DNA from: Squalus acanthias
Lineage: Eukaryota
Reading direction: 5' to 3'
Length of the DNA: 64,000 nucleotides
Assembly (NCBI GenBank): GCA_030390025.1
Contig: CM059432.1
Coordinates: forward strand, 110,610,001 to 110,674,000
Under the pieces are notes generated by a model. That model was not told where the DNA came from. It was given only the letters and a program-made list of their open reading frames with translations, and made no database searches. Numbering within the stretch: position 1 is the stretch's first letter; each line of letters opens with the position of its first letter. Position numbers and translations under genes: made by a program. This document shows positions 1 through 13,134 of the stretch, one piece after another.

Positions 1-3000
1 CCACCCCCCGATCTCCTGCCCTTCTCCCCCTCCGATCTCCTGACTTCTCCCTCTCCGATCACCTGACCTTCTCCGCGCTGATCTCCTGACCTTCCCACCT
101 CCGATCTCCTGACCTTCACTCCACTGATCTCCTGACCTTCTCCCCCTTCGATCTCCTGACCTTCTCTCCACTGATCTCCTGACCTTCTCCCCCTCCGATC
201 TCCTGACCTTCTCCCTCTCCGATCACCTGACCTTCTCCCCCCTGATCTCCTGACCTTCTCCCCTCCGATCTCCTGACCTTCTCTCCACTGCTCTCCTGAC
301 CTTCTCCCTCTCCGATCTCCTGACCTTCTCCCCTCCGATCTCCTGACCTTCTCCCTCTCCGATCTCCTGACCTTCTCCCTCTCCGATCTCCTGACCTTCT
401 CCCTCTCCGATCTCCTGACCTTCTCCCTCTCCGATCTCCTGACCTTCTCCCTCTCCGATCTCCTGACCTTCTCCCTCTCCGATCTCTTGACCTTCTCCCC
501 TCCGATCTCCTGACCTTCTCCCCCTCCGATCTCCTGACCTTCTCCCTCTCCGATCTCCTGACCTTCTCCCTCTCCGATCTCCTGACCTTCTCCCTCTCCG
601 ATCTCCTGACCATCTCCCTCTCCGATCTCCTGACCATCTCCCTCTCCGATCTCCTGACCTTCCCCCTCTGATCTCCTGACCTTCCCCCACCGATCTACTG
701 ACATTCTCTCCACTGATCTCCTGACCTTCTCCCTCTCCGATCACCTGACCTTCTCCACCCCCCGATCTCCTGACCTTCTTCCTCTCCGATCTCTTGACCT
801 TCTCCCTCTCCGATCACCTGACCTTCTCCCCCCTGATCTGACCTTCTCCCCTCCGATCTCCTGACCTTCTCCCCTTCCCTTCTCTCTTCTGATTACCTGC
901 CCTTCTCCCCATCCCAACTCCTGACCTTCTCCCCAAAGTCCGATCTCCTGAACATCTCCCCCCTCCGATTTCCTGAGCTTCTCCCCTCTGATCTCCTGAC
1001 CTTCTCCCTCTCCGATCTCCTGACCTTCTCCCTCTCCGATCTCCTGACCTTCTCCCTCTCCGATCGCCTGACCTTCTCCCTCTCCGATCTCCTGACCTTC
1101 TCCCTCTCCGATCTCCTGACCTTCTCCCTCTCCTAACTCCTGACCTTCTCCCTCTCCGATCTCCTGACCTTCTCCCCCCTGATCGCCTGACCTTCTCTCC
1201 ACTGATCTCCTGACCTTCTCCATCTCCGATCACCTGACCTTCTCCACCCCCCGATCTCCTGACCTTCTCCCTCTCCGATCTCTTGACCTTCTCCCCTCCG
1301 ATCTCCTGACCTTCTCCCCCTCCGATCTCCTGACCTTCTCCCTCTCCGATCTCCTGCCCTTCTCCCTCTCCGATCTCCTGACCTTCTCCCTCTCCGATCT
1401 CCTGACCATCTCCCTCTCCGATCTCCTGACCTTCTCCCCCTCTGATCTCCTGACCTTCCCCCTCCGATCTCCTGACCTTCTCTCCACTGACCTCCTGACC
1501 TTCTCCCTCTCCGATCACCTGACCTTCTCCACCCCCCGATCTCCTGACCTTCTCCCTCTCCGATCTCTTGACCTTCTCCCTCTCCGAACACCTGACCTTC
1601 TCCCCCCTGATCTGACCTTCTCCCCTCCGATCTCCTGACCTTCTCCCCTCCGATCTCCTGACCTTCTCTCTTCCGATTACCTGCCCTTCTCCCCATCCCA
1701 GCTCCTGACCTTCTCCCCAAAGTCCGATCTCCTGAACATCTCCCCCCTCCGATTTCCTGAGCTTCTCCCCTCTGATCTCCTGACCTTCTCCCCCCCCCGA
1801 TCTCCTGACCTTCTCCCCCCGATCTCCTAATCTCCTCCCTCTCCGATCTCCTGACCTTCTCCCCCCTGATCGCCTGACCTTCTCTCCACTGATCTCCTGA
1901 CATTCTCCCTCTACGATCACCTGACCTTCTCCACCCGCCAATCTCCTGACCTTCTCCCCCTCCGATCTCCTGACTTCTCCCTCTCCGATCACCTGACTTC
2001 TCCCCTCTAATCTCCTGACCTTCCCACCTCCAATCTCCTGACCTTCTCTCCACTGATCTCCTGACCTTCTCCCCCTCCGATCTCCTGACCTTCTCCCTCT
2101 CCGAACTCCTGACCTTCTCCCTCTCCGATCTCCTGACCTTCTCCCCCCTGATCTCATGACCTTCTCCCCCCTGATCTCCTGACCTTCTCCCCTCCGATCT
2201 CCTGACCTTCTCACCACTGATCTCCTGACCTTCTACCCCTCCGATCTCCTGACCTTCTCCCTCTCCGATCTCCTTACCTTCTCCCTCTCCGAACTCCTGA
2301 CCTTCTCCCTCTCCGATCTCCTGACCTTCTCCCCCCTGATCTCCTGACCTTCTACCCCCTGATCTCCTGACCTTCTCGCCTCCGATCTCCTGACCTTCTC
2401 ACCACTGATCTCCTGACCTTCTCCCTCTCCGATCTCCTGACCTTCTCCCCTCCGATCTCCTGACCTTCTCTCGACTGATCTCCTGACCTTCTCCCTCTCC
2501 GATCTCCTGACCTTCTCCCTCTCCAATCTCCTGACCTTCTCCCTCTCCGATCTCCTGACCTTCTCCCTCTCCGAACTCCTGACCTTCTCCCTCTCCGAAC
2601 TCCTGACCTTCTCCCTCGCCGATCTCCTGACCTTCTCCCCCCTCGATCTCCTGACCTTCTCACCACTGATCTCCTGACCTTCTCCCTCTCCGATCTCCTG
2701 GCCTTCTCCCTCTCCGATCTCCTGACCTTCTCCCTCTCCGATCTCCTGACCTTCTCCCTCTCCGATCTCCTGACCTTCTCCCCCTCTGATCTCCTGACCT
2801 TCTCCCCCCCCATCTCCTGACCTCCCCTTCGATCTCCTGACCTTCTCCTCTCCGAACTCCTGACCTTCTCCCCTCCGATCTCCTGACCTTCTCCCTCTCC
2901 GATCACCTGACCTTCTCCCCCCTGATCTGACCTTCTCCCCTCCGATCTCCTGACCTTCTCCCCTCCGATCTCCTGACCTTCGCCCCTTCCGATCTCCTGA

Positions 3001-6000
3001 CCTTCTCTCTTCCGATTACCTGCCCTTCTCCCCATCCCACCTCCTGACCTTCTCCCCAAAGTCCGATCTCCTGAACATCTCCCCCCTCCGATTTCCTCAC
3101 CTTCTCTCCACTGACCTCCTGACCTTCTCCCCCTCCGATCTCCTGACCTTCTCCCTCTCCGATCTCCTGACCTTCTCCCCCTCTGATCTCCTGACCTTCT
3201 CCCCCTCCGATCTCCTGACCTTCTCCCCTCCGATCTCCTGACCTTCTCCCCTCTGATCTCCTGACCTTCTCCCCCTCCGATCTCCTGACCTTCTCCCCTC
3301 TGATCTCCTGACCTTCTCCCCCTCCGATCTCCTGACCTTCTCCCTCTCTGATTTCCTGACCTTCTCCCTCTCCGATCTCCTGACCTTCTCTCCTCCGATC
3401 TCCTGACCTTCTCCCCTTCTGATCTCCTGACCTTCTCTCTTCCGATCACCTGCCCTTCTCCCCATTCCAGCTCCTGACCTTCTCCCCAAAGTCCGATCTC
3501 CTGAACATCTCCCCTCTGATCTCCTGACCTTCTCCCCCCACCACCCCGATCTCCTGACCTTCTCCCTCTCCGATCTCCTGACCTTCTCCACCCTGATCTG
3601 ACCTTCTCCCTCTCCGAACTCCTGACCTTCTCCCTCTCCGATCTCCTGACCTTCTCCCCCCGATCTCCTGACCTTCTCCCCTCCGATCTCCTGACCTTCT
3701 CACCACTGATCTCCTGACCTTCTCCCTCTCCGATCTCCTGACCTTCTGCCCTCCGATCTCCTGACCTTCTCCCCCCCGATCTCCTGACCTTCTCACCACT
3801 GATCTCCTTACCTTCTCCCTCTCCGATCTCCTGACCTTCTCCCTCTCCGATCTCCTGACCTTCTCCCTTTCCGATCTCCTGACCTTCTCCCCCTCCGATC
3901 TCCTGACCTTCACCCCCCCCGATCTCCTGACCTCCCCTCCGATCTCCTGACCTTCTCCCTCTCCGATCTCCTGACCTTCTCCCTCTCCGATCTCCTGACC
4001 TTCTCCCTCTCCGATCTCCTGACCTTCTCCCTCTCCGATCTCCTGACCTTCTCCCTCTCCGATCTCCTGACCTTCTCCCTCTCCGATCTCCTGACCTTCT
4101 CCCTCTCAGAACTCCTGACCTTCTCCCTCTCCGATCTCCTGACCTTCTCCCCCCTGGATCGCCTGACCTTCTCTCCACTGATCTCCTGACCTTCTCCCTC
4201 TCCGATCACCTGACCTTCTCCCTCTCCGATCTCCTGACCTTCTCCCTCTCCGATCTCCTGACCTTCTCCCTCTTCGATCTCCTGACCATCTCCCTCTCCG
4301 ATCTCCTGACCATCTCCCTCTCCGATCTCCTGACCTTCCCCCTCTGATCTCCTGACCTTCCTCCTCCGATCTCCTGACATTCTCTCCACTGATCTCCTGA
4401 CCTTCTCCCTCTCCGATCACCTGACCTTCTCCACCCCCCGATCTCCTGACCTTCTTCCTCTCCGATCTCTTGACCTTCTCCCTCTCCGATCACCTGACCT
4501 TCTCCCCCCTGATCTGACCTTCTCCCCTCCGATCTCCTGACCTTCTCCCCTTCCCTTCTCGCTTCTGATTACCTGCCCTTCTCCCCATCACAACTCCTGA
4601 CCTTCTCCCCAAAGTCCGATCTCCTGAACATCTCCCCCCTCCGATTTCCTGAGCTTCTCCCCTCTGATCTCCTGACCTTCTCCCCCCCGATCTCCTGACC
4701 TTCTCCCCCCTCGATCTCCTGACCTTCTCCCTCTCCGATCTCCTGACCTTCTCCCCCCTGATCGCCTGACCTTCTCTCCACTGATCTCCTGACCTTCTCC
4801 CTCTCCGATCACCTGACCTTCTCCACCCCCCGATCTCCTGACCTTCTCCCCCTCCGATCTCCTGACTTCTCGCTCTCCGATCACCTGACCTTCTCCACCC
4901 TGATCTCCTGACCTTCCCACCTCCGATCTCCTGACCTTCTCTCCACTGATCTCCTGACCTTCTCCCCCTTCGATCTCCTGACCTTCTCTCCACTGATCTC
5001 CTGACCTTCTCCCCCTCCGATCTCCTGACCTTCTCCCTCTCCGATCACCTGACCTTCTCCCCCCTGATCTCCTGACCTTCTCCCCTCCGATCTCCTGACC
5101 TTCTCTCCACTGCTCTCCTGACCTTCTCCCTCTCCGATCTCCTGACCTTCTCCCCTCCGATCTCCTGACCTTCTCCCTCTCCGATCTCCTGACCTTCTCC
5201 CTCTCCGATCTCCTGACCTTCTCCCTCTCCGATCTCCTGACCTTCTCCCTCTCCGATCTCCTGACCTTCTCCCTCTCCGATCTCCTGACCTTCTCCCTTT
5301 CCTAACTCCTGACCTTCTCCCTCTCCGATCTCCTGACCTTCTCCCCCCTGATCGCCTGACCTTCTCTCCACTGATCTCCTGACCTTCTCCATCTCCGATC
5401 ACCTGACCTTCTCCACCCCCCGATCTCCTGACCTTCTCCCTCTCCGATCTCTTGACCTTCTCCCCTCCGATCTCCTGACCTTCTCCCCCTCCGATCTCCT
5501 GACCTTCTCCCTCTCCAATCTCCTGCCCTTTCCCCCTCTCCGATCTCCTGACCTTCTCCCCCTCTGATCTCCTGACCTTCCCCCTCCGATCTCCTGACCT
5601 TCTCTCCACTGATTTCCTGACCTTCTCCCTCTCCGATCACCTGACCTTCTCCACCCCCCGATCTCCTGACCTTCTCCCTCTCTGATCTCTTGACCTTCTC
5701 CCTCTCCGATCACCTGACCGTCTCCCCCCTGATCTGACCTTCTCCCCTCCGATCTGCTGACCTTCTCCCCTCCGATCTCCTGACCTTCTCCCCTTCCGAT
5801 CTCCTGACCTTCTCACTTCCGATCACCTGCCCTTCTCCCCATCCCAGCTCCTGACCTTCTCCCCAAAGTCCGATCTCCTGAACATCTCCCCCCTCCGATT
5901 TCCTGACCTTCTCCCCTCTGATCTCCTGACCTTCTCCCCCCCCGATCTCCTGACCTTCTCCCCCCCGATCTCCTGATCTTCTCCCTCTCCGATCTCCTGA

Positions 6001-9000
6001 CCTTCTCCCCCCTGATCGCCTGACCTTCTCTCCACTGATCTCCTGACCTTCTCCCTCTCCGATCTCCTTACCTTCTCCCTCTCCGAACTCCTGACCTTCT
6101 CCCTCTCCGATCTCCTGACCTTCTCCCCCCTGATCTCCTGACCTTCTACCCCCTGATCTCCTGACCTTCTCGCCTCCGATCTCCTGACCTTCTCACCACT
6201 GATCTCCTGACCTTCTCCCTCTCCGATCTCCTGACCTTCTCCCCTCCGATCTCCTGACCTTCTCTCGACTGATCTCCTGACCTTCTCCCTCTCCGATCTC
6301 CTGACCTTCTCCCTCTCCAATCTCCTGACCTTCTCCCTCTCCGATCTCCTGACCTTCTCCCTCTCCGAACTCCTGACCTTCTCCCTCTCCGAACTCCTGA
6401 CCTTCTCCCTCGCCGATCTCCTGACCTTCTCCCCCCTCGATCTCCTGACCTTCTCACCACTGATCTCCTGACCTTCTCCCTCTCCGATCTCCTGACCTTC
6501 TCCCTCTCCGATCTCCTGACCTTCTCCCTCTCCGATCTCCTGACCTTCTCCCTCTCCGATCTCCTGACCTTCTCCCCCTCTGATCTCCTGACCTTCTCCC
6601 CCCCCATCTCCTGACCTCCCCTTCGATCTCCTGACCTTCTCCTCTCCGAACTCCTGACCTTCTCCCCTCCGATCTCCTGACCTTCTCCCTCTCCGATCAC
6701 CTGACCTTCTCCCCCCTGATCTGACCTTCTCCCCTCCGATCTCCTGACCTTCTCCCCTCCGATCTCCTGACCTTCTCCCCTTCCGATCTCCTGACCTTCT
6801 CTCTTCCGATTACCTGCCCTTCTCCCCATCCCACCTCCTGACCTTCTCCCCAAAGTCCGATCTCCTGAACATCTCCCCCCTCCGATTTCCTCACCTTCTC
6901 TCCACTGACCTCCTGACCTTCTCCCCCTCCGATCTCCTGACCTTCTCCCTCTCCGATCTCCTGACCTTCTCCCCCTCTGATCTCCTGACCTTCTCCCCCT
7001 CCGATCTCCTGACCTTCTCCCCTCCGATCTCCTGACCTTCTCCCTCTGATCTCCTGACCTTCTCCCCCTCCGATCTCCTGACCTTCTCCCCTCTGATCTC
7101 CTGACCTTCTCCCCCTCCGATCTCCTGACCTTCTCCCTCTCTGATTTCCTGACCTTCTCCCTCTCCGATCTCCTGACCTTCTCTCCTCCGATCTCCTGAC
7201 CTTCTCCCCTTCTGATCTCCTGACCTTCTCTCTTCCGATCACCTGCCCTTCTCCCCATTCCAGCTCCTGACCTTCTCCCCAAAGTCCGATCTCCTGAACA
7301 TCTCCCCTCTGATCTCCTGACCTTCTCCCCCCACCACCCCGATCTCCTGACCTTCTCCCTCTCCGATCTCCTGACCTTCTCCACCCTGATCTGACCTTCT
7401 CCCTCTCCGAACTCCTGACCTTCTCCCTCTCCGATCTCCTGACCTTCTCCCCCCGATCTCCTGACCTTCTCCCCTCCGATCTCCTGACCTTCTCACCACT
7501 GATCTCCTGACCTTCTCCCTCTCCGATCTCCTGACCTTCTGCCCTCCGATCTCCTGACCTTCTCCCCCCCGATCTCCTGACCTTCTCACCACTGATCTCC
7601 TTACCTTCTCCCTCTCCGATCTCCTGACCTTCTCCCTCTCCGATCTCCTGACCTTCTCCCTTTCCGATCTCCTGACCTTCTCCCCCTCCGATCTCCTGAC
7701 CTTCACCCCCCCCGATCTCCTGACCTCCCCTCCGATCTCCTGACCTTCTCCCTCTCCGATCTCCTGACCTTCTCCCTCTCCGATCTCCTGACCTTCTCCC
7801 TCTCCGATCTCCTGACCTTCTCCCTCTCCGATCTCCTGACCTTCTCCCTCTCCGATCTCCTGACCTTCTCCCTCTCCGATCTCCTGACCTTCTCCCTCTC
7901 AGAACTCCTGACCTTCTCCCTCTCCGATCTCCTGACCTTCTCCCCCCTGGATCGCCTGACCTTCTCTCCACTGATCTCCTGACCTTCTCCCTCTCCGATC
8001 ACCTGACCTTCTCCACCCCCCGATCTCCTGACCTTCTCCCTCTCCGATCTCTTGACCTTCTCCCCTCCGATCTCCTGACCTTCTCCCCCTCCGATCTCCT
8101 GACCTTCTCCCTCTCCGATCTCCTGACCTTCTCCCTCTCCGATCTCCTGACCTTCTCCCTCTTCGATCTCCTGACCATCTCCCTCTCCGATCTCCTGACC
8201 ATCTCCCTCTCCGATCTCCTGACCTTCCCCCTCTGATCTCCTGACCTTCCTCCTCCGATCTCCTGACATTCTCTCCACTGATCTCCTGACCTTCTCCCTC
8301 TCCGATCACCTGACCTTCTCCACCCCCCGATCTCCTGACCTTCTTCCTCTCCGATCTCTTGACCTTCTCCCTCTCCGATCTCCTGACCTTCTCCCCCTCT
8401 GATCTCCTGACCTTCTCCCCCCCCATCTCCTGACCTCCCCTTCGATCTCCTGACCTTCTCCTCTCCGAACTCCTGACCTTCTCCCCTCCGATCTCCTGAC
8501 CTTCTCCCTCTCCGATCACCTGACCTTCTCCCCCCTGATCTGACCTTCTCCCCTCCGATCTCCTGACCTTCTCCCCTCCGATCTCCTGACCTTCTCCCCT
8601 TCCGATCTCCTGACCTTCTCTCTTCCGATTACCTGCCCTTCTCCCCATCCCACCTCCTGACCTTCTCCCCAAAGTCCGATCTCCTGAACATCTCCCCCCT
8701 CCGATTTCCTCACCTTCTCTCCACTGACCTCCTGACCTTCTCCCCCTCCGATCTCCTGACCTTCTCCCTCTCCGATCTCCTGACCTTCTCCCCCTCTGAT
8801 CTCCTGACCTTCTCCCCCTCCGATCTCCTGACCTTCTCCCCTCCGATCTCCTGACCTTCTCCCCTCTGATCTCCTGACCTTCTCCCCCTCCGATCTCCTG
8901 ACCTTCTCCCCTCTGATCTCCTGACCTTCTCCCCCTCCGATCTCCTGACCTTCTCCCTCTCTGATTTCCTGACCTTCTCCCTCTCCGATCTCCTGACCTT

Positions 9001-12000
9001 CTCTCCTCCGATCTCCTGACCTTCTCCCCTTCTGATCTCCTGACCTTCTCTCTTCCGATCACCTGCCCTTCTCCCCATTCCAGCTCCTGACCTTCTCCCC
9101 AAAGTCCGATCTCCTGAACATCTCCCCTCTGATCTCCTGACCTTCTCCCCCCACCACCCCGATCTCCTGACCTTCTCCCTCTCCGATCTCCTGACCTTCT
9201 CCACCCTGATCTGACCTTCTCCCTCTCCGAACTCCTGACCTTCTCCCTCTCCGATCTCCTGACCTTCTCCCCCGATCTCCTGACCTTCTCCCCTCCGATC
9301 TCCTGACCTTCTCACCACTGATCTCCTGACCTTCTCCCTCTCCGATCTCCTGACCTTCTGCCCTCCGATCTCCTGACCTTCTCCCCCCCGATCTCCTGAC
9401 CTTCTCACCACTGATCTCCTTACCTTCTCCCTCTCCGATCTCCTGACCTTCTCCCTCTCCGATCTCCTGACCTTCTCCCTTTCCGATCTCCTGACCTTCT
9501 CCCCCTCCGATCTCCTGACCTTCACCCCCCCCGATCTCCTGACCTCCCCTCCGATCTCCTGACCTTCTCCCTCTCCGATCTCCTGACCTTCTCCCTCTCC
9601 GATCTCCTGACCTTCTCCCTCTCCGATCTCCTGACCTTCTCCCTCTCCGATCTCCTGACCTTCTCCCTCTCCGATCTCCTGACCTTCTCCCTCTCCGATC
9701 TCCTGACCTTCTCCCTCTCAGAACTCCTGACCTTCTCCCTCTCCGATCTCCTGACCTTCTCCCCCCTGGATCGCCTGACCTTCTCTCCACTGATCTCCTG
9801 ACCTTCTCCCTCTCCGATCACCTGACCTTCTCCACCCCCCGATCTCCTGACCTTCTCCCTCTCCGATCTCTTGACCTTCTCCCCTCCGATCTCCTGACCT
9901 TCTCCCCCTCCGATCTCCTGACCTTCTCCCTCTCCGATCTCCTGACCTTCTCCCTCTCCGATCTCCTGACCTTCTCCCTCTTCGATCTCCTGACCATCTC
10001 CCTCTCCGATCTCCTGACCATCTCCCTCTCCGATCTCCTGACCTTCCCCCTCTGATCTCCTGACCTTCCTCCTCCGATCTCCTGACATTCTCTCCACTGA
10101 TCTCCTGACCTTCTCCCTCTCCGATCACCTGACCTTCTCCACCCCCCGATCTCCTGACCTTCTTCCTCTCCGATCTCTTGACCTTCTCCCTCTCCGATCA
10201 CCTGACCTTCTCCCCCCTGATCTGACCTTCTCCCCTCCGATCTCCTGACCTTCTCCCCTTCCCTTCTCGCTTCTGATTACCTGCCCTTCTCCCCATCACA
10301 ACTCCTGACCTTCTCCCCAAAGTCCGATCTCCTGAACATCTTGCCCCTCCGATTTCCTGAGCTTCTCCCCTCTGATCTCCTGACCTTCTCCCCCCCGATC
10401 TCCTGACCTTCTCCCCCCCCGATCTCCTGACCTTCTCCCTCTCCGATCTCCTGACCTTCTCCCCCCTGATCGCCTGACCTTCTCTCCACTGATCTCCTGA
10501 CCTTCTCCCTCTCCGATCACCTGACCTTCTCCACCCCCCGATCTCCTGACCTTCTCCCCCTCCGATCTCCTGACTTCTCGCTCTCCGATCAACTGACCTT
10601 CTCCACCCTGATCTCCTGAGCTTCCGACCTCCGATCTCCTGACCTTCTCTCCACTGATCTCCTGACCTTCTCCCCCTTCGATCTCCTGACCTTCTCTCCA
10701 CTGATCTCCTGACCTTCTCCCCCTCCGATCTCCTGACCTTCTCCCTCTCCGATCACCTGACCTTCTCCCCCCTGATCTCCTGACCTTCTCCCCTCCGATC
10801 TCCTGACCTTCTCTCCACTGCTCTCCTGACCTTCTCCCTCTCCGATCTCCTGACCTTCTCCCCTCCGATCTCCTGACCTTCTCCCTCTCCGATCTCCTGA
10901 CCTTCTCCCTCTCCGATCTCCTGACCTTCTCCCTCTCCGATCTCCTGACCTTCTCCCTCTCCGATCTCCTGACCTTCTCCCTCTCCGATCTCCTGACCTT
11001 CTCCCTTTCCTAACTCCTGACCTTCTCCCTCTCCGATCTCCTGACCTTCTCCCCCCTGATCGCCTGACCTTCTCTCCACTGATCTCCTGACCTTCTCCAT
11101 CTCCGATCACCTGACCTTCTCCACCCCCCGATCTCCTGACCTTCTCCCTCTCCGATCTCTTGACCTTCTCCCCTCCGATCTCCTGACCTTCTCCCCCTCC
11201 GATCTCCTGACCTTCTCCCTCTCCGATCTCCTGCCCTTCTCCCTCTCCGATCTCCTGACCTTCTCCCTCTCCGATCTCCTGACCATCTCCCTCTCCGATC
11301 TCCTGACCTTCTCCCCCTCTGATCTCCTGATCTTCCCCCTCCGATCTCCTGACCTTCTCTCCACTGATTTCCTGACCTTCTCCCTCTCCGATCACCTGAC
11401 CTTCTCCACCCCCCGATCTCCTGACCTTCTCCCTCTCTGATCTCTTGACCTTCTCCCTCTCCGATCACCTGACCGTCTCCCCCCTGATCTGACCTTCTCC
11501 CCTCCGATCGGCTGACCTTCTCCCCTCCGATCTCCTGACCTTCTCCCCTTCCGATCTCCTGACCTTCTCACTTCCGATTACCTGCCCTTCTCCCCATCCC
11601 AGCTCCTGACCTTCTCCCCAAAGTCCGATCTCCTGAACATCTCCCCCCTCCGATTTCCTGAGCTTCTCCCCTCTGATCTCCTGACCTTCTCCCCCCCCGA
11701 TCTCCTGACCTTCTCCCCCCCGATCTCCTGATCTTCTCCCTCTCCGATCTCCTGACCTTCTCCCCCCTGATCGCCTGACCTTCTCTCCACTGATCTCCTG
11801 ACCTTCTCCCTCTACGATCACCTGACCTTCTCCACCCCCCGATCTCCTGACCTTCTCCCACTCCGAGCTCCTGACTTCTCCCTCTCCGATCACCTGACCT
11901 TCTCCCCCCTGATCTCCTGACCTTCCCACCTCCGATCTCCTGACCTTCTCTCCACTGATCTCCAGACCTTCTCCCCCTCCGATCTCCTGACCTTCTCTCT

Positions 12001-13000
12001 ACTGATCTCCTGACCTTCTCCCCCTCCGATCTCCTGACCTTCTCCCTCTCCGATCTCCTTACCTTCTCCCTCTCCGATCTCCTGACCTTCTCCCTCTCCG
12101 AACTCCTGACCTTCTCCCTCTCCGAACTCCTGACCTTCTCCCTCTCCGATCTCCTGACCTTCTCTCCCCTGATCTCCTGACCTTCTCCCCTCCGATCTCC
12201 TGACCTTCTCCTCCCTCCGATCTCCTGACCTTCTCTCCCCTGATCTCCTGACCTTCTCCCCTCTGATCTCCTGACCTTCTCCCCCTCCGATCTCCTGACC
12301 TTCTCCTCCCTCCGATCTCCTGACCTTCTCTCCCCTGATCTCCTGACCTTCTCCCCTCCGATCTCCTGACCTTCTCCCCCTCCGATCTCCTGACCTTCTC
12401 TCCCCTGATCTCCTGACCTTCTCCTCTCCGATCTCCTGACCTTCTCACCCTCCGATCTCCTGACCTTCTCCCCCTCCGATCTCCTGACCTTCTCCCCCTC
12501 CGATCTCCTGACCTTCCCCCTCCGATCTCCTGACCTTCCCCCTCCGATCTCCTGACCTTCTCCCCCCCGATCTCCTGACCTTCTCCCCCTATCCGATCTC
12601 CTGACCTTCTCCCCCTATCCGATCTCCTGACCTTCTTCCCCCCGATCTCCTGACCTTCTCCCCCCCGATCTCCTGACCTTCTCCCCCCCCGATTTCCTAA
12701 CCTTCTTCCCCCTCCGATCTCCTGACCCTCTTCCCCCTCCGATCTCCTGACCTTCTTCCCCCTCCGATCTCCTGACCTTCTTCCCCCTCCGATCTCCTGA
12801 CCTTCTCCCCCTCCGATTTCCTGACCTTCTCCCCCCCCCGATCTCCTGACCTTCTCCCCCCCGATCATCTGACCTTCTCCCCCCCGATCTCCTGACCTTC
12901 TCCCTCTCCGATCTCCTGACATTCTCCTCCCAGATCTCCTGACCTGCTCCCCACTCCGATCTCCTGACCTGACCTTCTCCCCTCTCCGAACTCCCAAGAC
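1..13000. repeat. Large tandem satellite, ~24-bp unit GATCTCCTGACCTTCTCCCTCTCC (22-25 bp variants), truncated by the window start
   Basis: The unit repeats continuously for ~13 kb (about 500+ copies) and degenerates at ~12950-13100. Minus-strand ORFs (GEGEGQEI / RRGRRSGD / SEREKVRR) are the three reading frames of the unit. Confidence 0.98.
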
Positions 13001-13134
13001 TTTCTCTTGCACCCTTCTGCTCAAAACTGATAATGGCTCAACGAGGGAAACTAGGACCTTCTCACCCCTCTGATCTCCTGTTCGTCTCCCCTCCCTATCT
13101 GCGACCTGAGTGAATAGGGAAAGCAACAAGTTAT

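Noticed and set aside
116..13129. Dozens of long Arg/Gly/Glu-rich minus-strand ORFs (up to 608 aa)
   Set aside because: The satellite unit has no stop on that strand. Frames swap at every indel and most listed starts are not ATG.
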